Of a stretch of DNA of 64,000 bases, positions 37,901 to 52,900 are shown piece by piece. The notes beneath the pieces are model-generated. The model worked only from the letters and a program-made list of their open reading frames with translations, ran no database searches and was not told the origin of the DNA. Source of the stretch: Candidatus Obscuribacteraceae bacterium (GTDB lineage: Bacteria; Cyanobacteriota; Vampirovibrionia; Obscuribacterales; Obscuribacteraceae). The first letter of the stretch is position 1. Each line of letters opens with the position of its first letter. The stretch lies in assembly GCA_044226015.1 (NCBI GenBank), contig JBGAHS010000008.1, positions 192,001 to 256,000 of the forward strand, read 5' to 3'. Made by a program: the position numbers and the translations under genes.

Positions 37901-40900
37901 CAGAATTGAAGATGAGCGGGTTGGCTGTGATAGAACCATTCACTATGAGAGTGCTTGCATTCACAGTGATCGTATTGTTGCCTACAACGCTGTCATTCAA
38001 GGTGACAGTGACAGTGCCCTTGCCCAGGGCAGTATTGAAGTTAGCATCACCATTGAACAACTGTGTTGCAGTCGTTACACCATCACCGAAGGTGATGTCA
38101 CCATTAGAATTAAGGTCGGTTTGACCACCGTTCGTTGCGTCAAACGTTGCATTACCTAGAATGGTCAAGCTCTTTCCGCTAGCACTGTTCACGGCAATCG
38201 CATCTGCTGTATAGACACCGTTGTTGCTGACGAGTGTGTCGTTGACATTCAAGCCGAGATTGTTTGCGGAAAGCTTACCCGAATTATGGATTGTAAGCGC
38301 TGAGACAGTCATCGAGTTGTCACTGCTCACTGTGATGCCAGAACCCACACTCACGTCGGAACCACCCTGAACATTCAGGTCGCCGGCGAAGTTGACTTGA
38401 GACGCAGCAGTGCCGCCAAAGTTCACACTATTAGCAGCACCGACACTTTGTATTGTGTAAGTTCCTGTGCCAACAAAATTAGCCACACCGGGTCCACTCA
38501 CATTTATGCTGATAGAGCTGCTGCTGCCTGGCTGAATGATGACATTCGGGTTGTTGAGGAAAGTTTGCGACCCCACAGGCAGATTGAGTTGAGAACCTAC
38601 AAATTGGATGGCATCTGCCGTTCCCGTTGCGGTTCCTACGTCAAATGTATTGTCTCCAAGAACGGTGATTTTTCCTGTGCCAGCGCTTCCTGCCGAAATG
38701 ATTATCTGATTGCTTGCAGAATTTTGCGTTTCGATGAAGCTTCCGCCACCACCCACGGTGAGATCACCGCTGCTATTTTGAAGAACAATCAATCCTGTCG
38801 ACGATGATGAACTGACAGTTCCGGCAACATCAATATTTGAAGCATCCATCATGACTGCGCCATTTGCGGAGTCAAGAGTGAATGTACTGTCTACATGGAT
38901 GGTTCCAGTAGACGAAGATGTCACATTTACATCCCCGCCAAGTGAAAGTTGATTGGACAGTGTTGATTTGAAAGACACGCCATTGCCGCTTCCAACGCTA
39001 CTTATTGAATAGGTGCCATTACCGACGAAGCTGGCGTTACCAGGTCCTCCGGTAACGACGATGTTGAGGTCGGAAGAGCTACCAGGATGCATAGTTACGT
39101 TAGCATCGCTCGCTATAGTTTGCGTTGTTCCTGCAGGCAGATTGATTTGTGTCGCCAGTATTTCAATTGCGTTTGCAGCCGTATTTGCATTGCCAACATC
39201 AAACGTATTGTCACCTGAGAAAGTCACAGCCGACTTACCTGAGTTAGCGGAAATTACAATCTGGTTGCCCAGAGAGTTAGTGGTGTTGGTGAAGACTCCG
39301 CCACCACCCACAGTGAGGTCTCCAGCAGAGTTGCTCAGAGTAATAAGTCCTGAGGACTTGGTACTTGAAACGAGTCCAGCGTTATCGATAGCAGACGCAT
39401 CAAGCATCATATCTCCAGCCGAACGAGCTTCTGTCTTAGTGTCCAGTGCAACGGTACCAGTGCCGCCGTTTATCTCGGTGTCGCCACCGAACGAGAGTAC
39501 ACCTGAAGCAAAATCAGAGCTCAGATTTACACCGACTCCACTGACAGTGTACTTGCCGGTTCCAACAAAGCTAACGGTTCCACTGGCGGCTGCGACATTG
39601 ACAGTGAGCAAGCCAGGGGAACTGAGTGTTAGGTCTTTGTTTCCAACCATATCTATGGTGGTTCCAGCCTGAAGATTGAGAACCTCGGCTGCACCAACAC
39701 CTATCAAGGCGGAGCCAGCTGCATCGAGCTTACCTGTACCTAAATAGAAAAGACTACCTGAGCTCTGAATGACGAGGTCGTTTGGAGTGCCGGCTCCGCT
39801 GCGCAACACACCGTTGTTGAAAACGATACCATCGTTTTCATTTACAGTCAGGGTCTTATTGCTCACAATTGTCAGACCTTGAATGCTTATGAGATCATTG
39901 GCATTGTTAATAGTAGTGTCCCCACCGAAAGTGATACTACTGTCACTGCTGAATTGAGCAAACGCTATTCCACCTTGCAAATTCTGAACTGTGTATTTTC
40001 CGGTTCCAGCAAAAGTCGCGTTTCCGGTCGCACCACCTGTGCTTATGAACATGTTGCCAGGTGAATTTGTCTCAATGGTGAGGTCCTTGTCACCGACTAA
40101 AGTTTGTACGCTGCCAGTCTCAAACTTGAAGGAAGAGCCGCCGGCGATGCTTATCTTGACAGAACCATTGCCAGCGGAAGCATCAAGATTGCCCACACCT
40201 GCAAGCGACAAAGAACTGCTGCTTGTGATCAGGATATCGTTGGCTACACCGGCGGTGCTGCGAAGCGTTCCGTTGTTTAGTAGCTGTCCACCATTTTCAT
40301 TGATGACCATTACGTCGCTGCTAGCGAGTGTCAAACCATTGTTGTTGATGTCACCGCTGCTAGTAAGATTGAGGCTGCCGCCAAAGCTAATTCCGCTTCC
40401 GCTGTTGTCCTGATTGAAATTCAGTGCATTGGCACCACTGCTGCTGATCTTATAGTTGCCACCGCCAATGAATTGCACAGTACCAGCAGCTCCAGTCACA
40501 TCGACACTCAACGAACCGGGAGTGGACACACCCATGCTGAGGTCGCCGGTCACTGTCTGCATCAAATTAGATGGTAGCGAGAGCGTCGAGTTTCCAGGCA
40601 GAATAATAGAAGTACCAGTGGCAGAACTGAGAGAGCCAGTGCCAGAGAAGGTCAAATCAGAGCTGCTATCGATGAGAATTCCGCCGGACGAGGATGTGAG
40701 AGTCCCGTTGTTGCTCAGTGTTCCACCCTGCATGCTCACGATGACAGAATTAGTGCCACTGACTGAGACAGAAGTTCCGACGGACACGTCGCCGCCTGAT
40801 GCGGTCAGCGACACATCACTGCCGCTGATGTCTTTTCCTATCGTGATGCCTGCACCAATGCCGAGAGCCTGTAAATCGATAGAGCCAGAGCTATTGATCT

Positions 40901-43900
40901 TGCCAGCTGTGCTTATTCCGACAGGACCAGCACCATTCGAAATGAGGGTGAAGCCTCCAGAGCCAGCCGTAGAATCGGCGCCTACCTGAACAGAAGACGC
41001 ATCTTGAATAAATACAGAGCCCGAGCCAGAGACATTCTGGCTTGTGCTCAAGACCGGAGTATCAACCGAGAGGTTTATGCTGCCTTCTGGACTTGTGAGT
41101 GCTATCGAGCTGCTTCCCGTCACCACTCCAGCTCCACTGATGTCACCAGTACCGGTCGAAGTCAGGGTAACGATTGAGCCACTCACTGCAGCACCTATCG
41201 CTATTCCTGCATTGTTGCCAGTGTTGACGAGAGACACAGGACCTGAACTTGTGATGGTGTTGGTCAGATTTATGCCGCCATCTGCGGTATCAGTGAAGAA
41301 GAATCCACCCGACCCAACTGAAATAACCCCATTCCCGGTAAGAGCTACAGAGTTAGTCAATGTCACGCTAGCAGAGCCGGTCTGACTAATTGTGAGGAAA
41401 GGAACTGCAATATTCAGATTAGCAACAGTATCAGTAGCATTAATCGTGAGCTCAGCAGCGCTCACTACACCAGCACTCTGCGTCACGCCACCATCGGTCG
41501 CGCTGAGGGTGACCTTACCACCGCTGCTGTCAATCGCGCCTGAAAGCGCGATGTCGGTTCCAGTCAATGAGACGATGCTTCCAGTGCCGGTCACAGCACC
41601 GCTAGTGATGCTACCTCCAACTGTGACGCTGAGATCGTTAGCATTGAGAGCGATAGTACCATTATTAGTGAATGAGCCCCCGGTCGTGGGGTTATTGAGG
41701 AAGACCAGATCAAAATTGGCGTTCATTGTGTCGCCGGCACCATTCACTTGTATAGCACCAGTAGAGCTAGTGTTACCGATAACAAGCTGGCCAGCAGTTA
41801 TGTTATCTACCAGATTTTGCCCGATGGTCAATGTACCAATAGCAGCGCCATTGACGGCAATGGATTGATTTGCTGTTGGCTGAATATAGACAGACTGAGA
41901 GCCCGCATCAATTGTAGAAGAATTTGCAAATGTCAGATTATTTGCGGTCAGCTGTACGTCACCGTTGCTAGCTGTGATGTCCACCGCCACAGTACTGCCA
42001 ATGTTACCGCTTCCTGTGGCAGTCAGCGTCACTGACTTGCCAGTCACATCGCCGCCAAGAACGATGCCACTGTCGCTTCCTCCGACGCCAGTCAACACTA
42101 CCGCACCAGTAGAGCTTATCGACGCACCCGTCGTGATAGCTCCAGCACCACCAGCAGTCACATTGATGCTCAGCCCGCCACTACCAGCAGTGATAGGACC
42201 TGTCGTACTCAAGGCTTGCGAATCTATTATATTGACAGCGCCGGCTCCGCTCTGGCTTATCGTCAAAGATGGGGTTGTGACGTTCAGATCAACATTACCG
42301 GAGCCTGCAGTCAGGGTAAGCGATGACGTTGCGGTGACATCGAGCCCCGGCGTAGCTTGAGTTATCGTGCCAGTGCCTGTGCTCAAGAGAGTGACTGCAG
42401 CACCACTGATGTCAGCACCTAGAACAATGCCAGAATCAGTCCCACCTGCGCCGCTGAGAGTGAGGTCACCCTTAGTTGTAATCGTATTCGTGATATTGAT
42501 AGCACCAGCACCACCAGCTGTATCAGTGAAGAAGAAACCACCACTTCCAGCGGTCGAAGCTCCATTGCCGATAAGAGCTACTGAATCAGTAATCGTGACA
42601 CTGCCAGTACCGTTGATGTCCTGCGTTACGGTGATGTAAGGTGTAGCAACGTTCAAATTGACATCGCCGTTCGGGCTATTTACGGTGAGATCATTCTTCG
42701 CAGTCACAGTTCCGGTTCCCGAAATGTCACCGGTACCTGTTGAGCTGAGACTCACAGAAGAGCCTGACAAAGCGCCATTAATTGTTATCTGCGCGTTGTT
42801 GCCTGTGTTGGTGATGCTCAAAGGTCCATCAGTAGTGATGGAGTTTGTAAGCGTCGTACCACCGTCAGCAGTGCCTGTATAGTTGAAGCCACCAAGACCA
42901 GCCGTCGAGATTCCATTGCTCAGCAGTTCTTTTGAATTAGTTATCGTTATGCTGCCAGTGCCAGCCAGACTCTGGGTGACAGTGAGGTCGCTCACTGCAA
43001 TGTTGAGCACCACATTATCGTTCGGATTTGCGTTGATAGATAGGCTGTTGGAAGAGAGTGTGCCACCATTCTGAACCAGCGTACCCGTGCCAGGATCGAT
43101 ACTCAGCGAACCTGCATTGATGTTATCGTACAGCGTCACACCATTACCACTGATGCTGACAGAACCGCTAGCATTGGGTTGAACGCCAACTGCACCAAGC
43201 TCGACAGTTCCGCCAACTTTAACAGTGAAATCATTGACACCTTCGTCAATCAAAACGTTCTTCGAACTAAACTTGCCGGAACTTATAAAGGTAATATTGA
43301 ATGCGCCAGGCGCCGTTCCTGCTGCGACGCTGCCATCGTTACCTGCAAGCAATAGACCACCAGCGCCTACTGTAATATCTCCAGCAAACGAGTTATTTCC
43401 AATCTGCACATTCAAAGCCTGGAACTGCGTAAGCTGACTGTTTGTCGTGGTGAGGTACTGAGTACCAGTGTTGTCTATCGTAATGTTCTGCGACAGAGTT
43501 GTCGGAGTAATAATTATGGTGCCACTAGAGCCTGCATCTATAGAAGGAGTGCTGCTGCCAAACACAAGTTTGTCAGCATTGATAGTGATTGTGCTTCCGC
43601 TTCCCGACGTAGATATTGTATTGCCACTGCTCACGGTCAGAGTGGAACCTGCATTGACATCAAGTCTTATGTCACCTGTACTGTTCACTCCAATGATGCT
43701 GCCTGTCGAAGCCGAACTCAAGGCATCGGTCGTCAGACCAGCTGCCGTCGAAAGCAGGTAGACCTCAGAATTCGGACCGGTCACCTGTACGGCAACCTTG
43801 GTATTACCAGCCCCAGTCAGTGAAATCGGAACAGCACCTGTAACGCTACCTACGCCGGTTTTCGCGGAGAGTAAAACAGCCGAGGCGCTGAGACCCCCCT

Positions 43901-46900
43901 CAGTACTGGAGTTAGCGCTGATTGCACCATTCGTGGAGACCAACGAAATCTGTCCAACGGATGCAGAAGCAGAAATAGTAGTGCCAGCAGAAAACAGTTG
44001 AATGTCTCCGCTATTCTGAATCTCAACTGAACCATTTGAGCTAATCAAGCCAGCAATCTTGTTGACTCCACTGCTTCCACCTATCTGCAGCGGAGAAGCA
44101 GATGCGCTAGAAATGAGAATTGAAGGACCGCTTGCTGCACCCTGATTGTTGATAGAGCCATCGACTTGAATGCTAGAACCAGAGCTCTTAAGAGTGACGA
44201 TACCACCAGATGCGCTTACGCTCTTGGCACTTATCGCACCGGCGACAGTGACAGCGCCACTGGCGACAACAGAGATTAACCCAGCGTTGCCACTGCTTGG
44301 TCCACCATCACTGCTAATGGCACCAACACTTATGCTGCCATTGCTAGCACTGAGGTCGATAGCACCGCCGTTGTTAACGCCAATTGCTCCGTTTCCATAA
44401 GAGTTGATAACGCCTGAAATACTCAGCGTACCATCAGCCGCGCTTGCAGTGAAGTCCCCTCCACCACCTACAATTTGAGTTGTGTCTACACCACCCGAAA
44501 CACTGAGAGCACCTGCGGACATCAAAGATAGGTTCGAACCCAAAGTTTGAACCAAGCTTGCCGGCGCAAGCATATTCAATACAATGTCATTTCCAGCTGC
44601 GCCGAATGTTTGAACAGTCACATCACTGCTTACTTGAATATTTACACCACTAAGCAGAGTGACTTTGCCAGCACTTAGATTATCGGTGAGGGTAATTGCA
44701 TCATTGCTAGCACTCACATCAACAAAACCAGAAGTTCCTGTGACCGCTCCCATGACCGCCGCACCAGTGGAGGCTGTGATAGTCAGATTCTTGGAACCGA
44801 TTAACATAGAGCTGCCGGTGCCATCGTAAGACGCACCATTGATGACGAGGTCATACGAACCAGGTCCAGGAACACTGAAGTCTGCTGAGCCAACTTGAGT
44901 AACGGCACCGGTATTCGAATCGCCAATGACGAGCTTGCTAGCCGTGATGTTTGCTAGGGTAGCAGCACTGACACCATATGTAGCGCTTCCACCGTTGATG
45001 CTCACATCGGTGTTGCTGCCGTTCTGAAGAAGGCTGACGACGCCTGTGCCAGCGTTAATCGCACCGCTGCTGTTGCTGTCTAAAGCACCAGACTTGAAGC
45101 TTATGCTGGCATTAGTGCTGCTTACAAAAGCACCATCAGCGATATCGATTATTCCGCTACCATTTGAACTGACATTAACGCCAGTTGCTCCGCTCACATG
45201 TCCCGTTACGAAGATGCCACCATTATTCGAAAGTGAAGATAGGGTGAGAGCAGCACTCGTTTCCAGCCCGGAAGCAATCGATACGTCTGCGGTGTTAGTT
45301 ACAGAAAGAGCATTGTCAAATCTCAAATTACTTGCATTGTCGGAACTAAAATCAAGAGTGTTCGTGGCAGCGTTAGAGTTTATGGTATAAGAAGAAGCAC
45401 CTGTGAAGTCTACATTTCCTGCGGCTCCGCTCAGGTTGATCGCAGTAGCAGCCGCGCCAGACAAGCTGATGGTCAATTTGGCGCCATTTGCAATGATTTG
45501 AGTCGTTCCTGTGGACAGGTCTATACTGTTTGCTTGAAACTCCACAGCATTAGCAGAACTTGTCCCAGTTCCAACATCAAAAGTATTTGAACCGGTCACA
45601 AAAATTTGACCAGCACCAGCACTACCTGACTGCACCAAAATCTTGTTGGCAGCATTGTTTGAACTTGTTTGATAATTGCCATTTCCAGCCAGGGTAAGAC
45701 TGGATGCACCTCCAGTATTCTGGAGAACGACGGCTCCAATTGCAGATGAGGAGATTGTTGAACCATTGTTGAATATGGTGCCAGCATCGAGTGTCATAGA
45801 ACCACTCGCATTTAACGTAACACCTGAGCTAACGGTGATGCTGGAGTTGGTGCCAGCCTGAACTTTCAAGTTGTTGTCGAAGTTAAATTGCGCCGGAGTC
45901 GCCAATCCAGTGAAAGAAAGATTCCCAGTGGCCGTGAGAGTATAGGCGCTTGCGCCTATAAAGTTGCTGGCTCCCGTGCCACCAAGCATTAGCAAGTTGA
46001 GATCACTAGCACCCGACTTGAGCGTAAGCGCCGAATTATTCAAAACTGTTTGCGTTGTACCAACTTTTATATTGATCTGTCCGGCAGTAAACTGAACAGC
46101 ATTGTTTGAAACGTTAGCATTACCAACGTCAAAAGTACTACTTCCATTTAAGCTGAGATTGGCAGCCCCAGTCGCACCAGCAATAACCTGAATAAAGTTA
46201 TTGGCTGAGTCTGTTGAAATCTGGTAGAGTCCATTGCCATCGAGCACAAGGTTGCCACCAAGATTCTGAAGCAATATCAAAGAGTTAGAACCTGTGCTGA
46301 CGAGAGCTTGATTGTTGGCGATTGTGCCAGCGTTAACGCTTATCGATCCGGCAGAGCTCAATGTCAGACCGGCATCGACAGAGACGGTGCCAGTACTGCC
46401 AGCGTCAGCGCTGAGTGCACCTCCAAACAGCAGTGTCGACGATGCTGCATCTGAGGCGAACTCAACAGTGTTTCCACTTCCATTGCTGCTAACCGAATAT
46501 TTGCCCAAGCCAACGAATGATGCGGTTCCGCTCAGTCCAGATACGTTTACCTTTAACGAGCTGGACGAGCCAGGCGAGAAGCTTACGCTTGCATCATTCG
46601 AGACGGTTTGAGTCGAGCCGCTCTGAAGATTGATTGTCGAAGCCTCAAAGGAAATAGCATCAAGAGCAGATGTGGCGTTTCCAACATCTAATGTGTTGTC
46701 CCCTGTTATTGTCAGCGTGCCAGTACCGCTAGGACCGGCGATGAAGGAGATGTTGTTGAGCGCTGCATTTTGTGTATCACGGTATACTCCGTTGCCGCTC
46801 AATGTGAGGTCGCCGGTGCTCTGCACGCTTATGCTGCCAGCAGCAGCACTAGAACTGATCGTGCCAGAGTTGGTCAAGGAAGAAGTGTTGATAAGCAGGC

Positions 46901-49900
46901 TAGAACCTGAAGTCAACTCGACTGAATTGACGCTCACCGAACCACTAGCACCGCTATTGACAGTCAAGCCTCCATTTACCTGAAGCACCGATGGACTGCT
47001 GCTAGCAGAGAAACTTACAGATTCAGCAACACCATTACTCTGAACTGTGACTATGCCACTGCCAGCCAGTGTCGCAGTTCCTGCGGCACCTTGCGCAATA
47101 ACACTGAGGCTTGAGGCAGCACCGGGGGCGAGCGTTGCATTAGCACCATTTGCGAAGGTCTGCGTGGTGCCCGTCGCAAGATTAACACTAGCAGCTTGAA
47201 TGCTTATGGCATCAACAGCTGTTGTTCCTGCGCCAACATCCATAATCAGATTTCCTGCAAACGACAAGGTTCCTGTACCTGACACACCAGAGCTGACGAG
47301 AATCTTGTTGTTGGCAGCATTCTGAGTCAACTTCAAGCTGCCATTGCCCACAAGGGTCAGAGCACCAGTACTGCCACTAACATTTATGGAACCGTTTGAT
47401 TTGCCCGATTGCAAGGTGGAAGCACCAATGTCAAACTGTGAACCGACGTTGACTTGCGCATCACCATTGACAGTGCCAACAGTAACGTCGCTAAGAGTTA
47501 GATTTCCAGTTGAAGCATCCAGCGTGAGATTACCACCTACGCTGAGACTGCCACCAGTTGACGATATCGTGATTGACTGCCCCGATGCCGCAGCAAAGGT
47601 GTAAACTCCATTTCCATTGAATGCAGCGCTGCCATTTACATCAACATTGAGACTTCCAGCCTGCGAGAGTACGTCAACATTTTTGCCACCAGCGATAGAC
47701 TGTGACAAGCCATTACTGAGAATAAGATTTGAGCCTGCATTAATAAGGACCGAACCACTACCACTATTAGCATCAAGTGTGCCAATTCCACTCAAGGTCA
47801 AGCTCGTTGAAGGAGAACTCGTCAGAGTAATTGCATCTGCGATTCCAGCTGTGCTAAAGAGAGTTCCATTATTATTGATAGTGCTATTCGATGCACTGAG
47901 TGTGAGGCTTCCAGAGGAGCCGACACTCACACCATTATTGACGGTGATTGCACTTGAGTTAGAGACGGATACAACTGTATCCCCACCAAATTGTATTGAT
48001 GAACTACCAGCGGCTGTCTTTGAAAAGCTGACGCCGGACCCGGCCGTTCCTTCTGTCACCGTGAAGCTGCCACCAGTAAATTGAGCCGTTCCGGCAGCAC
48101 CAGATACGTTAAACTTCGATGAGCCAGAGCTAGAACCTATACTCACTTGCTTGCCAGAAAGAACAGTCTGATTCATTCCAGACTCAAAGTTCACTGTTCC
48201 GTTGGCGCCGCTCTGTATCTTTATAGACCCGAGCGCACCACTAGCGTTAAGGCTGCCAGTTCCACGCAAGGTCAGATCGCCAGTACTCTGAATGCTGATC
48301 GAATTCGCGTTATTTGCGACGCTGCTGAGCGTTCCACCATTCTGCAATGTACCACCATTTTCGTTGATGGTGAGATTACCGCCACTAGATACGGTGACAC
48401 CAGACCCCGGTCCGTCGATTGTGATGTCACCGCTGCTGCTGATGGTGAGAGCGCCATCGACGGAGAAAGTGCTGCCACTGTTCGCCTGAGTGAAGCTTAT
48501 GCCGCCAGAGCTGCCGTCATCGGTTATCGTCGTTGCGCCAGTACCGACGAACGAAGCTACACCAGCTGGTCCGGATACATTCACTTTCAGTCCACCAGCT
48601 GAGCCTGATGAAATCGCGAGTCCAGCGCCACCTGCAATGGTCTGAACAGTGCCAGATTCTATACTCAAGGTCGAAGCGCCGGCGGGCTTGATGGCAACAG
48701 AACCAGAGCCTGTCGCAGCATCGAGCGTACCAGTTCCAGCAAGAGTCAGCCCTGAACTGCTTTGAATGGTGATAGCGCCAGCAGTACCATTAGTACTCTT
48801 CACAGTGCCGTTATTGGAGAATTTGCCTCCATTCTCATTTATCGTAATGGTTCCAGCAGATTGCAGAGTCAAACCATTTTGAAGAGAAATATCACTCGAA
48901 CTTGTAACCGAGGTGTTCCCGCCAAAATTCAAGGTTGAACCAGAGGATGTACGGGTCAAATTGACACCAGCCCCGCCGCCATCCGAAATAGAGTAGTTTC
49001 CAGAGCCTGTGAACGTCGCGATTCCAGAAACGACATTGAGGTTCAATGTGCCTGCGCTCGATGTAGATATCGAAACATTTCGATTCCCTACAATTGTTTG
49101 ATTCAGACCACTAGCGAGGTTTATGATGCCAGCACCCGGCGCCGTGATTGCTACCGAGCCGCCCGCTGATGCATTCAACGAACCTGACCCTGCCAGTGTC
49201 AAACTGGAATCGGTCTGTATTACGAGGTTGCCCGCAGTACCTGCTGTGCTGACAAGGGTTCCGTTGTTCGTCAAGGTTCCATTGTTGTTGGCATTGACAG
49301 TGAGCGTTCCCGAACTAGATAAGGTAACGCCAGACGTGACATTGACATTGCCACCATTTACGGTGACTGCAGTGTTGCCCCCGAGACTGAGTTGATTGCC
49401 AGAATTGTCCCCAGTGAAATTAATATTGTTTGCGCCAACAGCAAGGAATGTATATAACGTCCCTCCAGTAAAGCTCGCCGTTCCGGCACCTTTGATATTA
49501 ACGTTCAAGTTTGAGTTGTCGGACGGAGTGAAAACAAGATTACCTTGAAGACTCTGGCTTAATCCTGCCTCCAGATTAATAACGCCACCAGCCGTCGCAG
49601 AAAGATTGACATCACCAACGCCACTAGATGCATTGAAGCTGCCATTCCCCTGCAGGGTGAAGCCGCTGCTGCTCTGCAACAGTATGTTCGCTCCAGCACC
49701 AGCGGTACTCGCAATAACACCAGAATTAACTAAAGTGCCACCATCTAAATTGAAGGTGAGCAAACCAGAGCTACTAACAGTTGAGCCCGCTCCAACAGTC
49801 ACAGTACCGGTGCTGGTGATTGAGGATGAAGATCCTAACAAAAGCACACTTGGCTGGTGCGTTGTCGTCAGGGTGACTCCTGCGCCAGATCCGCCATCAT

Positions 49901-52900
49901 CTATATTGATGACTCCGCTGGAAAAGCCGCCGGAACCTGCGCCACCGATAACTAGAACCGTTATAGCGCCTGCGCTGCTCGGCGATATAAGAACTGTCTT
50001 GTCCGCTGTCACGCTCTGATCAGTCCCAAAAAGGAAATTGACTAGACCGCTAGCAGGCACAGCCAAGCGCACTGAGCCCGCTCCAGACGAAACATCGAAA
50101 GTTCCAACCCCGTGAATAGTGAGGTTGCTTGTGCTCTGCACTATCAAATTATTAGCAAGACCGCTATCACTACCAATGGTTCCATTATTGTTTAGTGCAC
50201 CACCATCAACATTGAGCATCAATGAGCCAGTAGCACTCTTCACTGTTACGCCGTTTACATGAATAGAACCGCTGCTGCTTACTGTGCTGTTTCCTCCTAG
50301 AGAAAGCACGTTGCCCGAATTACTCTGAGTAAAGCTGATACCAGCTGCAGCGGTTCCTTCAGTAAGGGAGAAGGTTCCACCAGTGAATCTGGCCGTGCCG
50401 GCTCCGCTTACATTTAAGGACAGAGCCCCGCTCGTCGGTGTGATGCTAACAGACTTGTTACCCGTGATGGTCTGGTTCATTCCAGCTGCAAGATTCAGTG
50501 TGTTTCCAGCGCTTGGCTGCAGCAAAATCGAGCCAGCCGCACCGCTAGACACATCAATGTTTCCGGTACCAGCAAGCGTGAAACCGCTTGTACTGGTGAC
50601 TTGGACATTGTTGCCAGCTCCTGAAGTACTGACTATAGAGCCGTTGTTTGTGAATGTGCCACCATTTACATTAAGAAGAACGTTTGCCGAGCTCTGAATA
50701 GTACCAGAGTTAGTAAGATTAGTTGAGCTGAGAGTTAGATTTCCTGTGCTGCTGACGGATACATTACTTATACCGATCGTTCCGCCAACGGAGTTGATAT
50801 TTGTAACGCCCGGCAAACTCAAAATCGCGTTGCCAGACGTTCTGGAGAAGTTAACGCCTTGAGCTCCGCCAAAATCATTGAATGTATAGGTACCGGTTCC
50901 AGTAAACGTTGCAGTGCCTGAACCACCAGAGACATTCACGTTGAGCGCGCCAGCAGTAGCAGGGGATACTGTCAAATTACGGTTGCCGGTGAGAGCCTGG
51001 CTCAGACCGACCGCCAGGTTGAGCGTGCCGCCGCCTGCAGGTCGCAGAGCAACGCTGCCAGAACCGCTGTTAGCATCGAGTGTGCCTGTGCCAGCCAGAG
51101 TTAAGCTGCCAGTGCTCTGAATGGTGATAGCACCAACGGTGCCACTAGTCGAGCGCAGTGTTCCGTTGTTAGTCAGCGTGCCACCATTCTCATTGACAGT
51201 GAGCGTGCCAGAGCTGGCAAGCACAGCACCAGTGTTCATCGTAATATCGTTGGTGCTGGTTACTGTTGTAGCACCCGGAAGCGTGAGAGTGTTTCCCGCA
51301 GTCGAGGCGCTGAAGGTGATACCACTTCCACTGCTGTCGGAGATCGTGTAAGCGGCTGTGCTGGTCAAGCTTGCATTTCCAGCCCCAGAGACATTGATAT
51401 TGAGAGTTCCAGCACCGTTCTGACTAATGGAAATAGGCTTGTTGCCTGTCACAATCGGAGCATATCCGGCGACGAAATTGAGGGTGCCCCCGCCACCTGG
51501 GCTATACCTGATACTTCCATTAACAGTGTTAGCATCTAGAGTGCCGTTTCCAGAAACAGTTAATGAGCCAGTGCTTTGAATTACTAAGCTGTTTGCGACA
51601 TTCGAAGTGCTTCGCAGAGTACCTAAATTACTTAGAGTGCCACCATTGGCATTTACTGTGAGAATACCTGAACTAGCTACAGTTGAGCCGCTAGCAGTCT
51701 GAATAGTTCCAGCACTGGTGAGTGCCGCAGCCGCTCCAAAACTCAGCACAGAGCCGGAACTAGCAGTGGTCAAACTGACTCCACCGCCAGCTCCACTGTC
51801 CGCCACTGTGTAGCCACTTCCACCAACAAAGGCGGCTGTGCCGGCAGCACCCGAAAGGTTCACCGTAAGAGCGCCGGACGACGATGGAACTATCGAAAGA
51901 TTTCCGGTTATATTCTGAGTAAAGTTGGTCGCTGGCAAGAATAACGTGCTACCACCAGCTGGACTCAGTTGAATCGTATTAGAGGAACCTGCATTAAAGC
52001 TACCAGTTAGACCCTGCACGGTGAGGTTCCCCGTGCTAGCAACTATTATGTTGGTTCCAGAAGCTGTGCTTGCTATAGTTCCAGAGTTTGAGAGCGTGCC
52101 GCCGTTAGCGTTAAGCGTCAATACGCCGGTACTGCTCACTGTCATAGTTGCTGGAACGGTGATAGTACCAGTCGTAGTTACAGCAACGGCACCTCCTAAC
52201 GCTAGGGTGCTATTAGCATTCGCTTGCGCAAAAGTGACGCCCCCACCAGCACCGCTGTCAGCTATAGAATAGGAACCGCCAGTGAACGTGGCTGTTCCTG
52301 CAGCACCAGCTACTCTCACCGTCAGAGCGCCTGCGCTGCTCGGCACCATGGAGACATTACTGGTGCCTGTTATGGTCTGATTCATTCCCGACGCAAACGA
52401 TATGGTGCCACCACCCGTTGCCGTCAAGCGAACCGAGCCTGAACCCGAGCTTACATTTATAGTACCTGCTCCAGTTAGAGTCAGCGCGTTGCCTGAACTC
52501 TGCATCACGACGTTGTTGGCTGTTCCCGAGCTATTTACGACACTGCCATTGTTGTTGATTTGCCCCGTCGGAGACACAGTCATCGTAAGAGTGCCAACAG
52601 TCTCAGACAGAGTGGCACCCACACCCACATTGATCTGCCCAGTGCCAGACACTGTGACTCCAGTGCTACCACCAAGCTGTAGAGTGCCATTGGTGAAACT
52701 CACATTGTTGTTGGCTCCGTTGGCAGCAATTGTATACCCACCACCAGCGAACACGGCAGTGCCCGATGCTGGTACGTTCAGAGTGATGCTTCCAGCTGCT
52801 AGCGGTGCCACAGACACTATCTTGCTAGAGCTTACCGTCTGATTCATGCCATTTAAGAAATTAACAGTGCCACCAGCTGCGGTACCTAGCGCAATATTGA

